A DNA stretch of 64,000 bases. Source: Mobula hypostoma. Its lineage: Eukaryota. The notes beneath the pieces were generated by a model. The model searched no databases. It worked only from the letters and a program-made list of their open reading frames with translations, and was not told where the DNA came from. Position 1 is the first letter of the stretch; every line of letters begins with the position of its first letter. Shown here one piece after another: positions 49,591 through 62,255 of the stretch. The stretch lies in NCBI RefSeq assembly GCF_963921235.1, contig NC_086097.1:236222001-236286000 (forward strand), given 5' to 3'. The position numbers were made by a program, and so were the translations under genes.

Positions 49591-50140
49591 ACTACTACAT
49601 CGACTCAGGCCTAGGGGGCCGGCATCAGGCATGATGGCGGACTCTCCACTTCTCCCTCTCCCTCATCAGAGTGTTCAGTTCATCTACATTAGCCACGCCG
49701 CTGCCTTCTGGGAGCGTGTTGACCATAGTCTTGGGAGGGTGCCCAGGGTTCATCCTCCCGTGCTTGGGCTCCCATATGGTGACTAGGATGGTAGGTAGCT
49801 CGGGGTGGCGTAGACAGTGCCCCGCTAGTTGCAGTCTTCTCGCCTCGATTTTAGTAGAGAGCATCGGTAGGTTGTTATAGAGCTCGACATTTGTCATGTG
49901 CTGTTGCCAACTCACGTCAAGAGCCATCCGGAGCATTCGTGTATAGCAACCATCTAGAGACTTTCACATCATCTTGGTGAGTGTCCACGTCTCACATCCG
50001 TGTGTGAGAATGGACTCTATGACTGCTATGAAAATCCTCTTTTTAAGCCGTCTGGTCAGATTCGACTTCCAGATTTCCTTCATGTCATTCATAGCCCTCC
50101 ACGCCAGCACTTTCCGTATCTTTATGTCCTTCTCCGAACT
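49591..50140 (-). mobile_element. RTE/RTE-X-like LINE 3' fragment with (TAG)n tail
   Basis: MLRMALDVSWQQHMTNVELY..IEARRLQLAGHCLRHPE..WEPKHG. Confidence 0.8.
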
Positions 50141-50739
50141 CAATACATTGCTTCATAAGCTTTCCTTTGGACTACACCAGTGAGGCCAAGAGGGGGATCT
50201 TGATGACTGGGCATCCCAGGATCTCCATACCTTCCACCCAGGCTTATGCCCTGGAGAGGTCACTCCAGTGCCGCGATCCATTGTCCTTCAAGACAGATGG
50301 ATGCCATCATCATCAGTCTGGACTTCCAGCGTCCGCAGAATTTCTTGCGTTTATTACTGACTATTTATTTTGACATATGTATATTTAACACACTGTTAAT
50401 GTTCACATTGATTTGTGACCTTTTTTAGGGGAAGAAACAGAATTCATCTAACAGGTGCATGTACCTTTAAAAGCTCTGTTTAGTATATGGTATGATTTTT
50501 AATAAATTGTCATGACAGTGACTACTTTCAGTTAAATGTTAATTACTTCCAATAAAGGATATTTTGTTAGTGACTTGCCTTGATAAAAGGTATCACAAAG
50601 GAGACCACCCACACTCCACATATCATCACTCGGTGCAGCTGAAACATCATGTACATCACCTATGTAATGATTCAGTTTTTTGGTGATTATATTCTACAAT
50701 TAGCCCTTATGTAGTGTATTAGCACTTATATTACTCACT

Positions 50740-51268
50740 GAATTATAGGAAAGATGTCAATAAAATAGAGAGAGTACAGAGGAGGTTTACTAAAATTTTG
50801 CCTGGGTTTCATCTTCTAAGTTACAGAGAAAGGTTGAACAAGTTGGGTCTTTATTCTTTGGAGCGTAGAAGGTTGAGGGGGGTACTTGATAGAGGTATTT
50901 AAAATTATGAGGGGGATTGGTAGAGCTGACATAGATAGGCTTTTTCCATTGAGAGTAAGGGAGATTCAAACAAGAGGACATGAGTTGAGAGTTAAAGGGC
51001 AAAAGTTTAGGGGTATCATGAGGGGGAACTTCTTTACTCAGAGAGTGGTAGCTGTGTGGAACGAGCTTCCAGCAGAAGTGGTTGAGGCAGGTTCGATGTT
51101 GTCGTTTAAAGTTAAATTGGACAGCTATATGGACAGGAAAGGAAGGGGGGGTTATGGGCTGAGTGCAGGATGGTGGGACTAGTTGAGAGTAAGAGTTCGG
51201 CACAGACTAGAAGAGCCGAGATGGCCTGTTTCTGTGCTGTAATTGTTATATGTTGATATGGTTATATG
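50740..51268 (+). mobile_element. CR1 3' fragment
   Basis: IEVFKIMRG..TRGHELRVKGQKF..FFTQRVVAVWNELP. Confidence 0.88.
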
Positions 51269-51806
51269 TAGAAATTGTATTCATTGCTATTAACATTAAT
51301 GTAACAGGATGAAGTTGCATTAAAGTCGTAACAAAGTGCGTGTCACTTCAGCGATTTGGAAACCACCTTTAACAAATCAAGTGAAATAAATAAACAAATA
51401 TGTTTACTGCCTATGGTTTATTTGTAAATTAAGTTGGGAAGATTATTGCCTGGACCTGAAGCATGTAATGCGTATGATAATTACGTTAATTTTCAACACT
51501 ATTTTTATTTTATTGTGCACTTTAAGGCCTTCAGCAGCCTGAGCTAATAAAGCATTTCCTCTGAGAACCTTTATGTAAGGTGAGTTCAGAAAATTCATTC
51601 TTCTTCACTCAGAGGGTGGTGAGAGTGTGAAATGAGCTGCCAGTGGAAATGGTGGGTGCAGGTTCAATTTCAACATTTAAGAGAAATTGGGGTCGGTTTG
51701 TGGAGGGGAGGGTACGGAGGGCTATGGTCCCTATTCAGGTCAATGGTGCTAGGCAGATTAATAACTAGAAGGGCTGAGTGTTCTATGACTCTGTTGGTTC
51801 CTTGTT

Positions 51807-54800
51807 AATCAGAATCAGAATCAGGTTTATTATCACCAGCATGTGACGTCAAGTTTGTTAACTTAGTAGCTGCAGTTCAATGCAATACATAATATAGAAA
51901 AAAGCAAAATAATAATATTAATAAATAAATAAGTTAAATCATGTTCAGTATACTTTATATAGTATACGTATATTGAATAGATTTAAAATCATGCAAAAAA
52001 ACAGAAATACTATATATTAAAAAAGTGAGGTAGAGTCAAAGGGTTCAATGTCCATTTAGGAATCGGATGGCAGAGGGGAAGAAGCTGTTCCTGAATCGCT
52101 GAGTGTGTGCCTTCAGGCTTCTGTACCACTTACCTGATGGTAACAGTGAGAAAAGGGCATGCCCTAGGTGCTGGAGGTCCTTAATAATGGACGCTGTCTT
52201 TCTGAGACACCGCTCCTTGAAGATGTCCTGGGTACTTTGTAGGCTAATACCCAAGATGGGGCTGACTAAATTTACAACCTTCTGGTGCTTCTTTTGGTCC
52301 TGTGCAGTAGATCCCCACATACCAGAGAGTGATGCAGCCTGTCAGAATGCTCTCCATGGCACATCTATAGAAGTTTTTGAGTGTAGTTGTTGACATACCA
52401 AATCTCTTCAAACTCCGCATAAAGTATAGCCACTGTCTTGCCTTCTTTATAACTACATCGATATGTTGGGACCAGGTTAGATCCTCAGAGATCTTGACAC
52501 CCAGGAACTTGAAGCTGTTCGGCATGGACTAGAAGGGCCAAGATGCCCTGTTTCTGTGCTGTAATTGTTATATGGTTATATAGTTTACTCTCTCCACTTT
52601 GATACCTCTGTAAAGATTGCTATGTGCTCCTTTGTCTCACCCTTCCTGAAGTCCACAATCAGCTCTTTCGTCTTACTGACATTGAGTGCCAGCTTGTTGC
52701 TGTGACATCACTCCACTAGTTGGCATATCTCACTCCTGTACGCCCTCTCGTCACCACCTGAGATTCTACCAACAATGGTTGTATCGTCAGCAAATTTATA
52801 GATAGTATTTCAGCTATGCCTAGCCACATAGTCATGTGTATATAGAGAGTAGAGCAATGGGATAAGCACACACCCCTGAGGTGCACCAGTGTTGATTGTC
52901 AGCGAGGAGGAGATGTTATTACCAATCCGCAGATTGTGGTCTTCCAGTTTGGAAGTTGAGGATCCAATTGCAGAGGGAGGTACAGAGGCCCAGGTTCTTT
53001 AACTTCTCAATCAGGATTGTGGGAATGATAGTATTAAATGCTGAGCTATAGTTGATGAACAGCAGCTTGACATAGGTGTTTGTGTTGTCCAGATGGTCTA
53101 AAGCCGCATGGAGAGCCATTGAGATTGCATCTGTCATTGACCTATTGTGGCGATAGGCAAATTGCAATGGGTCCAGGTCTTTGCTGAGGCAGGAGTTCAG
53201 TCTACTCATGGACCAGCCTCTCAAAGCATTTCATCACTGTTGATGTGAGTGCTACCAGGCGATAGTCATTAAGGCAGCTCATGTTATTCTTCTTAGGCAC
53301 TGGTATACTTGTTGCCTTTTGAAGCATGTGGGAACTTCTACTCGTAGCACTGAGAGGATGAAAATGTTCTTGAATACTCCCGCCAGTTGATTGACACTGG
53401 TTTTCAGAGCCTTACCAGGTACTCCATCGGGACCTTCTACCTTGCCAGGTTTACTCTCTTTAAAGACAGCCTAACATTACATTGACCTCTGAGACAGAGA
53501 TCACTGGGTCATCAGGTGCAGCAGAGATCTTCTCCCTTTCAAAACGGACATTGAAGACGTTGAGTTCATCTGGTAGTGAAGCATTGCTGCCATTCATGTT
53601 ATTGGATTTCACTTTGTAGGAAGTAATGTCTTGCAAACCCTGCCAGAGTTGTCGTGCGTCTGATGTCGCCTCTAACCTCGTTCGAAATTGTCTCTTCGCA
53701 CTTGAAATAGCCCTCCACAGACCATACCTGGTTTTCTAGTACAGGCCTGGATCGCCAGATTTGAATGCCATAGATCTAGCCTTCAGCAGATGACGTACCT
53801 CCTGGTTCACCCACAGCTTTTAGCTTGGAAATGTGCAGTAAGTCTTTGTAGGCACACACTCATCCACTCAGCTTTTAATGAAGTCAGTAACGACTGCAGC
53901 ATAGTCATCCAGGTTCAAAGATGAATCCCTGAATACAGTCCAATCCACCGATTCAAAGCAGTTCTGTAGGCGCTCCTGTGCTTCCCTTGTCCATACCTTC
54001 TTGGTTCTCACTAGTGGTGCTGCAGTCTTCCATCTCTGCCTATACTCAGTGAGTCAGCCAGGTAATCAGACTTCCCGAAGTGAGGGCGTGGAATAGCACG
54101 GTAGGCATTGCTGATGGTGGTGTGGCAATGGTCAAGTATGCTGTTTCCTCTGTTATTGTAAGTGATCTGCTAATGGTAATTGCTTCGTGGTTTTTTTCAG
54201 ACTGGCCTGGTTAAAATCTCCTAAAACAATGGTGAAGGCATTTGGATGCGCTGTTTCATGCACGTTGATCCCATTGCTCAGATCATCTAAAGCCTGATTG
54301 ACATTGGCCTGAGGTGGAATGTAAACTGCTACTAAAATGACCCCAGAGAACTCCTGTGGTAGGTAAAAAGGACAGTGCTTAACTGCTAAATATTTCAGGT
54401 CTGGTGAGCAGAATTGGGACAGCACTGATATATTTGTGCATGAAGAAAGTTGATTATGAGGCATACTCCTCCACCTCTGCTTTTGAGAGACTCTATAGAT
54501 CTATCCTGATGGTGTATAGTAAACCCATCGATCTGAATCACTGCACCCGATATGGAAGGGGTTAACCAGGATTCCGTGAAACAAAGGACACACGTGGACC
54601 TAATGTTCCTCTGATTCAGCACCCTAGCTCTGAGGTCATCGATTTTACTCACCAGAGACTGCGCGTTTGCCAGTAAGATAGTTGGTATTGGGAGTTTAAA
54701 ACCCCGTTTCCTTAAGCACACTTGTAACCCCGATCATTTAAACACATTAAGACATCTTTGTTTATTGTACTGACCTTGGAAGCAGTTGTACTTTTTAGCT

Positions 54801-54880
54801 GCATCAGGCTGGCATGAGAATAATCGTATCCTTTGAGAGTACTGCTGCTACTCGAGTCGCCCCCAAGGCGCCCTGGAATT
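51807..54880 (-). mobile_element. Near-full-length degraded Rex1/Babar ORF (APE + RT), with a ~65-bp CR1 tail inserted at ~52517-52582
   Basis: LLANAQSLVSKIDDL, CFTESWL, VYIPPQ, GDFN, RT motifs; (GATTCT)n tail. Confidence 0.9.
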
Positions 54881-55260
54881 GAACATGATGTATCTGTATA
54901 GTTTATCATAAACTGTATAGTATTACTTTGTTGTCTTGTAAATGCCTGCAAGAAAATGAATCTCAAGATAGTATATGGTAACAGATATGAGCTTTGATAA
55001 TAAATTTTACTTTGACTTTGACTGTAGAATTTAGAAAGTCATCGTCTCTGAACTTTGCTCACTGGAGACCTCACCAGGGTTTATGCTTTTCTCTGTGAAT
55101 TTTTTTCTTTCCATGTTATGTTGATCACCACATTAACTGCAGTAAATATCACACTCCTATTCTCTCTGTCACTCTAATGCAGTATTTCCTTCACTTGCAG
55201 CCCTACAGCAAAGCAAACATATGCACTCCTCTTTCTGTTAGACAGATAAATGGTCGGTAC

Positions 55261-55424
55261 TGTTGGATCCTGGTGATTTTGTCATCCAAAGGTTCTTCAG
55301 ATGTTATGAATGAGCATAAAACTTCATAGTTACAGCTGTTTATTAAGTGATATAAGAACGAAGAATGAACAGAGGAAAAGAAATAGCCAGTTTCAATGGC
55401 TTGGCACCTGCTGCAGAGAAACTT
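55261..55424 (-). pseudogene. Candidate exon, dynein heavy chain-like
   Basis: Acceptor TTCTGTACTTTTTGCAG|; KFLCSRCQAIETGYFFSSVHSSFLYHLINSCNYEVLCSFITSEEPLDDKITRIQ; donor uncertain. Confidence 0.45.
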
Positions 55425-55669
55425 CTGCAAAAAGTACAGAATCAGTTATAATACAATTTGTACTGAAAAAAAATCACTGAATTATTTCATATATGTAGGT
55501 GATTATATAAAAATATAAGCAAGTATTGAAAAATCAAACTACAGAAAAATAACTGGTTACATTGTATTCCAACAGTACTGAAACCCATCACTTTCTAAAA
55601 AAAAATCTCCTACAATAAACCTAAAAGTTTTTGCAGATGCTGGAAATCTAGAGCAACAGACTCCATAGA

Positions 55670-56275
55670 GATCGTTAACAGCACCAAATTTCTTGGTGTT
55701 CACCTGGCGGAGAATCTCACCTGGTCTCTCAACATCAGCTCCATAGCAACGAAAGCCCAGCAGTGTCCTTACTTTCTGTGAAGGCTGCGAAAATTCCATC
55801 TCCCACCCCCCATCCTCACCACATTCTACAGAAGTTGTACTGAGAGCATCCTGAGCAGCTGCATCACTGCCTGGTTCGGAAATTGCACCATCTCGGATCA
55901 CAAGACCCTGCAGCGGATAGTGAGGTCAGCTGAGAAGATCATCAGGGTCTCTCTTCCCGCCATTACAGATATTTACACCACACGCTGCATCCGTAAATCA
56001 AACAACATTATGAAGGATCCCACGTAGCCCTCAAACAAACTCTTCTCCCTCCTGCCAGCTGGCAAAAGGCACTGAAGCATTCGGGCTCTCACGACCAGAC
56101 TACGTAACAGTTTCTTCCCCCAAGCCATCAGACTCCTCAATACCCAGAGCCTGGACTGACACCAAACTACTGCCCTCTACTGTGCCTATTGTCTTGTTTA
56201 TTATTTATTGTAATGCCTGCACTGTTTTGTGCACTTTATGCAGTCCTGGGTAGGTCTGTAGTCTAGTGTAGTTTT
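55670..56275 (+). mobile_element. Rex1/Babar 3' fragment, preceded by a short PLE end (~55625-55660)
   Basis: KFLGVHLAENLTWS..ESILSSCITAWFG..NSFFPQAIRLLN. Confidence 0.8.
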
Positions 56276-56276
56276 G

Positions 56277-57980
56277 TGAGACTGGGAGAAATTCAGAGTT
56301 CAGCAGAGGAGGACAAAGGGCTTAATTAGGAAGGGGAAAAAAGATTATGAGAGAAAACTGGCAGAGAACATAAAAACGGACTGTAAAAGCTTTTATAGAT
56401 ATGTAAAAAGGAAAAGACTGATAAAGACAAATGTAGGTCCCCTGCAAACAGAAACAGGTGAATTGATTATGGGGAGCAAGGACATGGCAGACCAATTGAA
56501 TAATTACTTTGGTTCTGTCTTCACTAAGGAGGACATAAATAATCTTCCAGAAATAGTAAGGGACAGAGGGTCCAGTGAGATGGAGGAACTGAGCGAAATA
56601 CATGTTAGTAGGGAAGTGGTGTTAGGTAAATTGAAGGGATTGAAGGCAGATAAATCCCCAGGGCCAGATGGTCTGCATCCCAGAGTGCTTAAGGAAGTGG
56701 CCCAAGAAATAGTGGATGCATTAGTGATAATTTTTCAAAACTCGTTAGATTCTGGACTAGTTCCTGAGGATTGGAGGGTGGCTAATGTAACCCCACTTTT
56801 TAAAAAAGGAGGGAGAGAGAAACCGGGGAATTATAGGCCGGTTAGCCTAACGTCGGTGGTGGGGAAACTGCTGGAGTCAGTTATCAAGGATGTGATAACA
56901 GCACATTTGGAAAGCGGTGAAATGATCGGACAAAGTCAGCATGGATTTGTGAAAGGAAAATCATGTCTGACGAATCTCATAGAATTTTTTGAGGATGTAA
57001 CTAGTAGAGTGGATAGGGGAGAACCAGTGGATGTGGTATATTTGGATTTTCAAAAGGCTTTTGACAAGGTCCCACACAGGAGATTAGTGTGCAAACTTAA
57101 AGCACACGGTATTGGGGGTAAGGTATTGGTGTGGGTGGAGAATTGGTTAGCAGACAGGAAGCAAAGAGTGGGAATAAACGGGACCTTTTCAGAATGGCAG
57201 GCGGTGACTAGTGGGGTACCGCAAGGCTCAGTGCTGGGACCCCAGTTGTTTACAATATATATTAATGACTTGGATGAGGGAATTAAATGCAGCATCTCCA
57301 AGTTTGCGGATGACACAAAGCTGGGTGGCAGTGTTAGCAGTGAGGAGGATGCTAAGAGGATGCAGGGTGACTTGGATAGGTTGGGTGAGTGGGCAAACTC
57401 ATGGCAGATGCAATTTAATGTGGATAAATGTGAAGTTATCCACTTTGGTGGCAAAAATAGGAAAACAGATTATTATCTGAATGGTGGCCGATTAGGAAAA
57501 GGGGAGGTGCAACGAGACCTGGGTGTCATTATACACCAGTCATTGAAAGTGGGCATGCAGGTACAGCAGGCGGTGAAAAAGGCGAACGGTATGCTGGCAT
57601 TTATAGCGAGAGGATTCGAGTACAGGAGCAGGGAGGTACTACTGCAGTTGTACAAGGCCTTGGTGAGACCACACCTGGAGTATTGTGTGCAGTTTTGGTC
57701 CCCTAATCTGAGGAAAGACATCTTTGCCATAGAGGGAGTACAAAGAAGGTTCACCAGATTGATTCCTGGGATGGCAGGTCTTTCATATGAAGAAAGACTG
57801 GATGAACTGGGCTTGTACTCGTTGGAATTTAGAAGATTGAGGGGGGATCTGATTGAAACGTATAAGATCCTAAAGGGATTGGACAGGTTAGATGCAGGAA
57901 GATTGTTCCCGATGTTGGGGAAGTCCAGAACGAGGGCTGAATGGCCTACTCCTGCACCTATTTTCTATGTTTCTATGTTT
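56277..57980 (+). mobile_element. Young CR1 copy D with open RT frame and a 250-bp 3' deletion
   Basis: ORF 56463-57986; junction ACGAGGG|CTGAATGG at ~57936. Confidence 0.97.
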
Positions 57981-58949
57981 GTATGACTCTTCATTATGTC
58001 TCAATAAGTGAATACTCATGATATTACCAGTTCAGTCTTCATCACCATAGCTCGATATAGCAGCTGTCTAATCACTTCCATTCAATTTCACTCTTTGCTC
58101 AATTAAATGCAATATTTTCCTGAAATGTAGTGTGCCATCATTGCATGCACTAGGCCAACTTCTAGTTTATTTACTCCCAGAACTGTCTCATGTTTGCAGC
58201 TTAGCTTACGTTTGACACTCAGATATCACATTTCTCTTCTGACAGCTGTCATGAAACTCTGTTTGACAAAGCACCAGCACATATACTTCAATCATAACAC
58301 CCTCCGTTGTGAACAGAGCACCTTCTCACTACGCTTATTGAGGTCTATTTCACCAGCAAGGGAAACAGCTAGATATTAATCTCTCAGTTACCACGACACA
58401 CTTGAGCAGCAGGCAATGACACTGGTCTGAAAAATTTCAAAGTCTGAAGTTCAAAGTAAATTTATTATCAAACTGTGTTTATGTCACCATATACACATGA
58501 GATTCATTTTCTTATCGGCATACTCAGAAAGTCCATAATAGAATAATAGAATCAACAAAAGATTGCTCCAACTTGGGCATTAGATCACTGTGCAAAAGAC
58601 AACAAAGTGTGCAAACACAAAAACAAAGAAAACACGAGAATAATAAATAAGCAACAGAGAACTGAGAAATACTATAGTCTCAATAAAAACTACCCATAAA
58701 GACTGACATGTGCAAAAGACAAGACATGCAAACACAGATAAATATAGAAATATAAACATACAAACATACACACTGAGAACATGAGTTGCAGAGTCCTTGA
58801 AAGTGAATCCGTAGGTTGTGGAATCAGTTCAGTGTTGAGGTGAGTGAAGTTAAACACACTAGTTCAGGAACATTATATCACTGTTCCTACACTTGGTGGT
58901 GTGGGATCTAAGGATTCCGTAATACTTCTCCGATGGCTGCAAATGTCAC

Positions 58950-59096
58950 TGCCCATCACAGTGATTTTTTTGAGCAAGAATTCCTTCAGTGTGAGGGACT
59001 CAGCTTAAGCAATGGCAAAATTGCTGCTGCAGCTCTTCGACTCATAGCAGTGTAAGTTGAGCCAGCCAAACTCCCCAAAAGCCAGGAGAGTCATTC
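58950..59096 (-). pseudogene. Candidate exon with in-frame TAA, dynein heavy chain-like
   Basis: Acceptor TTATTCTTGCTCACCTCTGCAG|; (G)MTLLAFGEFGWLNLHCYESKSCSSNFAIA*AESLTLKEFLLKKITVMG; stop at 59007-59005. Confidence 0.45.
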
Positions 59097-59194
59097 CTGC
59101 AGAGGTGAGCAAGAATAATAAAACCTGTCTAAGTGGAAACTGAGCTCTTTTCATACCATAGCAGAACAACATGCAGCAATCTCAATGTGCATAC

Positions 59195-59266
59195 CTTTTC
59201 TGACAATCTCAATTACTAAGCTTTCAATGCATAAAATGACTTGGAATATGATTTCACTGTCTTCTT
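59195..59266 (-). pseudogene. Candidate exon
   Basis: EDSEIIFQVILCIESLVIEIVRK, donor AAG|GTATGC; phase 1 matches the next exon across a 98-nt intron. Confidence 0.45.
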
Positions 59267-59351
59267 CTTCGAGATGAAATTATCTCCATTCAGTAAACAA
59301 ATACCCTTCCTTTCATCAGCCATGATCAGTAAGCTTGAGAAAACCTCATCG

Positions 59352-59548
59352 CTAACAAGAAAAATTCTGCATATGCTGGAAATCCAAGCAACACACACAC
59401 ACAAAATGCTAGAGGAACTCAACAGGTCAAGCAGCATCTATGGAAAAGAGTGCAGGTGACATTTTGAGCCGAAACATCGACTGTACTCTTTTCCATAAAT
59501 ACTGTTTGGCCTGCTGAGATCTTTCAGCGTTTTGCGTGCGTTGCTCAG
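59352..59548. mobile_element. Palindromic PLE-derived mini-element, older
   Basis: ATGGAAAAGAGTGCAG / CTGTACTCTTTTCCAT arms; axis in hammerhead stem II (TTTTGAGCCGAAAC); no clear TSD. Confidence 0.8.
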
Positions 59549-61294
59549 ATAAAATCCCTCTAGGACTGTTCCACACTCTTCACTTCATTGCATATGAGAA
59601 AAACAGGAACTGTCTTTACTGTATTCAGATTCTTCCAATATACCTCTTCTGGGCTATTATAGATATTAAATATAAGACCTTAAGACATAGGAGCAGACTT
59701 GGGCCATTTGGCCCATCAAGTCTGCTATGCCATTCTATCATGGCTGATCCTTTTCTCCCCTCCTCAACCCCATTTCCCAGCCTTGTCCCCATAACCTTTG
59801 ATGGTGTCTCCAATCTAGATAGAACCTATCAATTTCAGCCTTAAATACACCCTGTGACCTGTCCTCCACAGCTGACTGTGGTAACAAATTCTCCAAATTC
59901 TCCAAATTCACCACTCTCTGGCTAAAGACATTTCTCTGCATCTGTTTTAAATGGACGCTCCTCTTTCCTGAGGCTGTGTCCTCTTGTCCTAGACTTCCCA
60001 ACCATGGGGAAATATCATTTCTACATCTACTGGGTCCAGGACTTTCGACTTTTGAAAGATTACAATGAGATTCCACCCCCGCCCCCCCCCGACCTCAGCC
60101 TTCTAAATTCCAGTGAGTACAGGCCCAGAGCCATCAAACGTTCCTTGTGTGACAGTCCTTTCCTTTACGGAATCATCCTTGTGAACCTCCTCTGGACCCT
60201 CTCCAATGCCAGCACATCTTTTCTAAGATGAGAGGCCCAAAACTGTTCACAATACTCAAGATGAGGTCTGACCAGTGCCTTATAAAGCCTCAGTATCACA
60301 TTCTTACTCTTGAAATTAATGCTAACATTGCATTTGCCTTCCTCACCACCAACTCAACCTGCTAGTTTACCTTTAGGGTGTTCTGCACAAGGACTCCCAA
60401 GTCCCTTTGCATCTTAGATTTTGGATTTTCTCCCCCTTTAGAAAATAGTGTGCACATTTATTTCTACTACCAAAGTGCATGATCATACATTTTCCAACAT
60501 TGTATTTCATATGTCACATTCTTGGCCATTCACCTAATCTGTTTAAGACCTTCTGCAGCCTATCTATTTCCTCAACACTACCTGCCCCTCCAACAAATCT
60601 TCGAATCTTCTTCAAACTTGGCAAAAAAAACATCTATTCCATCATCTAAATCATTGATACACAGCATAAAAAGAAGTGGCCCCAACACTGACACCTGCGG
60701 AACACCACTAGTCACTGGCAGGTAACCAAAAAAGGATCTTTTTGTTCCCACTAGCTCTCTCCTACCAATCAGCCAATGCTCTAACCATGCTAGTGACTTC
60801 TTGTAATACCATGGGCTCTTAACTTGGTAAGCAGCCTCATGTATGCTACCTTGTCAAGTGCCTTCTGAAACTCCAAATATACAACATCCACTGCATCTGC
60901 TTTATCTATCCTAACTGTAATCTCCTCAAAGAATTTCAACAGCATCGTCAGGCAAGATATTCCATTAAGGAAACCATGCTGACTTTTTTCCTGTCTTGTC
61001 CTGTGTCACCAATTAATCCATAACCTCATCCTTAACAATTGGCTCCAACATCTTCCAAACCATTGATCTCAACCGCTAAATGGTCTATAATCTCCTTTCT
61101 GCTGCCTTTCTCCTTTCTTAAAAAGTGGAGTGACATTTGAAATTTTTCAGTCCTCTGCACCATGCCAGGGACCAATGATTTTTGAAAAGTCATTGCAAAT
61201 GCCTCCACAATCTCTACCGCTACCTCTTTCGGAACCCTAGGGTGCAGGTCATCTGGTCCGGGTGACTTGTGTACTTTATTTCTTTCAGCTTTTA

Positions 61295-61627
61295 GATAAA
61301 ATGAGATTAGATTATGAGGACATGCAGACCTCTTTTATTGTCCATCCGAAAACTCCGAGCCTCTGACCAGCTCTCCGACACCGAGCAGCAAGCACCATCT
61401 CTGCCAAGCGCTTCGACCCCGGCCCCGGCAACAGGCAATAGGCAAAGATGAGGATTTGGGGCCTTCCCCTCTGGAGATTCTCGATCGCACAGTTGCAGCG
61501 GCAGCGAAGCAGGCATTTCAGAAGTTTCTCTGTGCTTCTCACGGCTGTCTCCATCAGGATTGTGCACGGCCCCCTAGTTAACACATTCAATATCATTCGG
61601 AACAGCCGCGCGCGCTACGTCGCGCCT
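61295..61627 (-). mobile_element. Short GC-rich non-autonomous element with LINE-like tail
   Basis: CpG-rich head GGCGCGACGTAGCGCGCGG; ACAATAAAAGAGG..(TCTAA)n-like tail; nested in the CR1. Confidence 0.5.
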
Positions 61628-62019
61628 TTCACTTGTAAAAGTAACTGCACTCACTTCTCTTCCTTTTTTTTATTAAGTGCAATTGTGAACAATAGCCAGA
61701 TCAGAAATGCTGATCAAGTCAACTAGTTCTCCAAAAAGAACTCTGATAGGCCAATCAGATGGTCACTGCCGCTCAGCGATAGAACACAAAAAAATCATAA
61801 AAATAAGAAACATTAAAAAATAGTAGAAATACTGGAGTCATGGCAATCATGATGAAGTCTTCTGGAGAGAGAGATTTATACACATGCTGTCCTCCATAAT
61901 TCAAAGAGATTGAAGGATAAGGTTGCAGGGTGACAAAACATGGCAGGAGCACTTGGAACTAAAAACTAATCCCTACTGGGAGAAAACAGCACCTGTTCTT
62001 TCCGCACTGTTCTCCAGCA

Positions 62020-62255
62020 GTTTAAGGACTAAGTCCAGCCGGAACATAACTCACAAGTGCTCTTGAAAGTCAGGAATTAACCCTACCTACCAACAACCAA
62101 GCATTGCCATCCTGGTCTTTTTCATGATAGCTTATGAAAAAGCATGTGACTTCCCTCTCAGAGATGACAGGTGTTTGTGCACTCGACTCTTGAAGGCTTG
62201 GACCCCAACGTCGCAAATGTTTTCAACCACAGCATCTGGAAGGCTGTTCACACAT
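62020..62255 (-). mobile_element. L2/Crack-like LINE C-terminal fragment
   Basis: NSLPDAVVENICDVGVQAFKSRVHKHLSSL fits the WNSLP..FKSRL.K.L ORF2 terminus. Confidence 0.45.
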
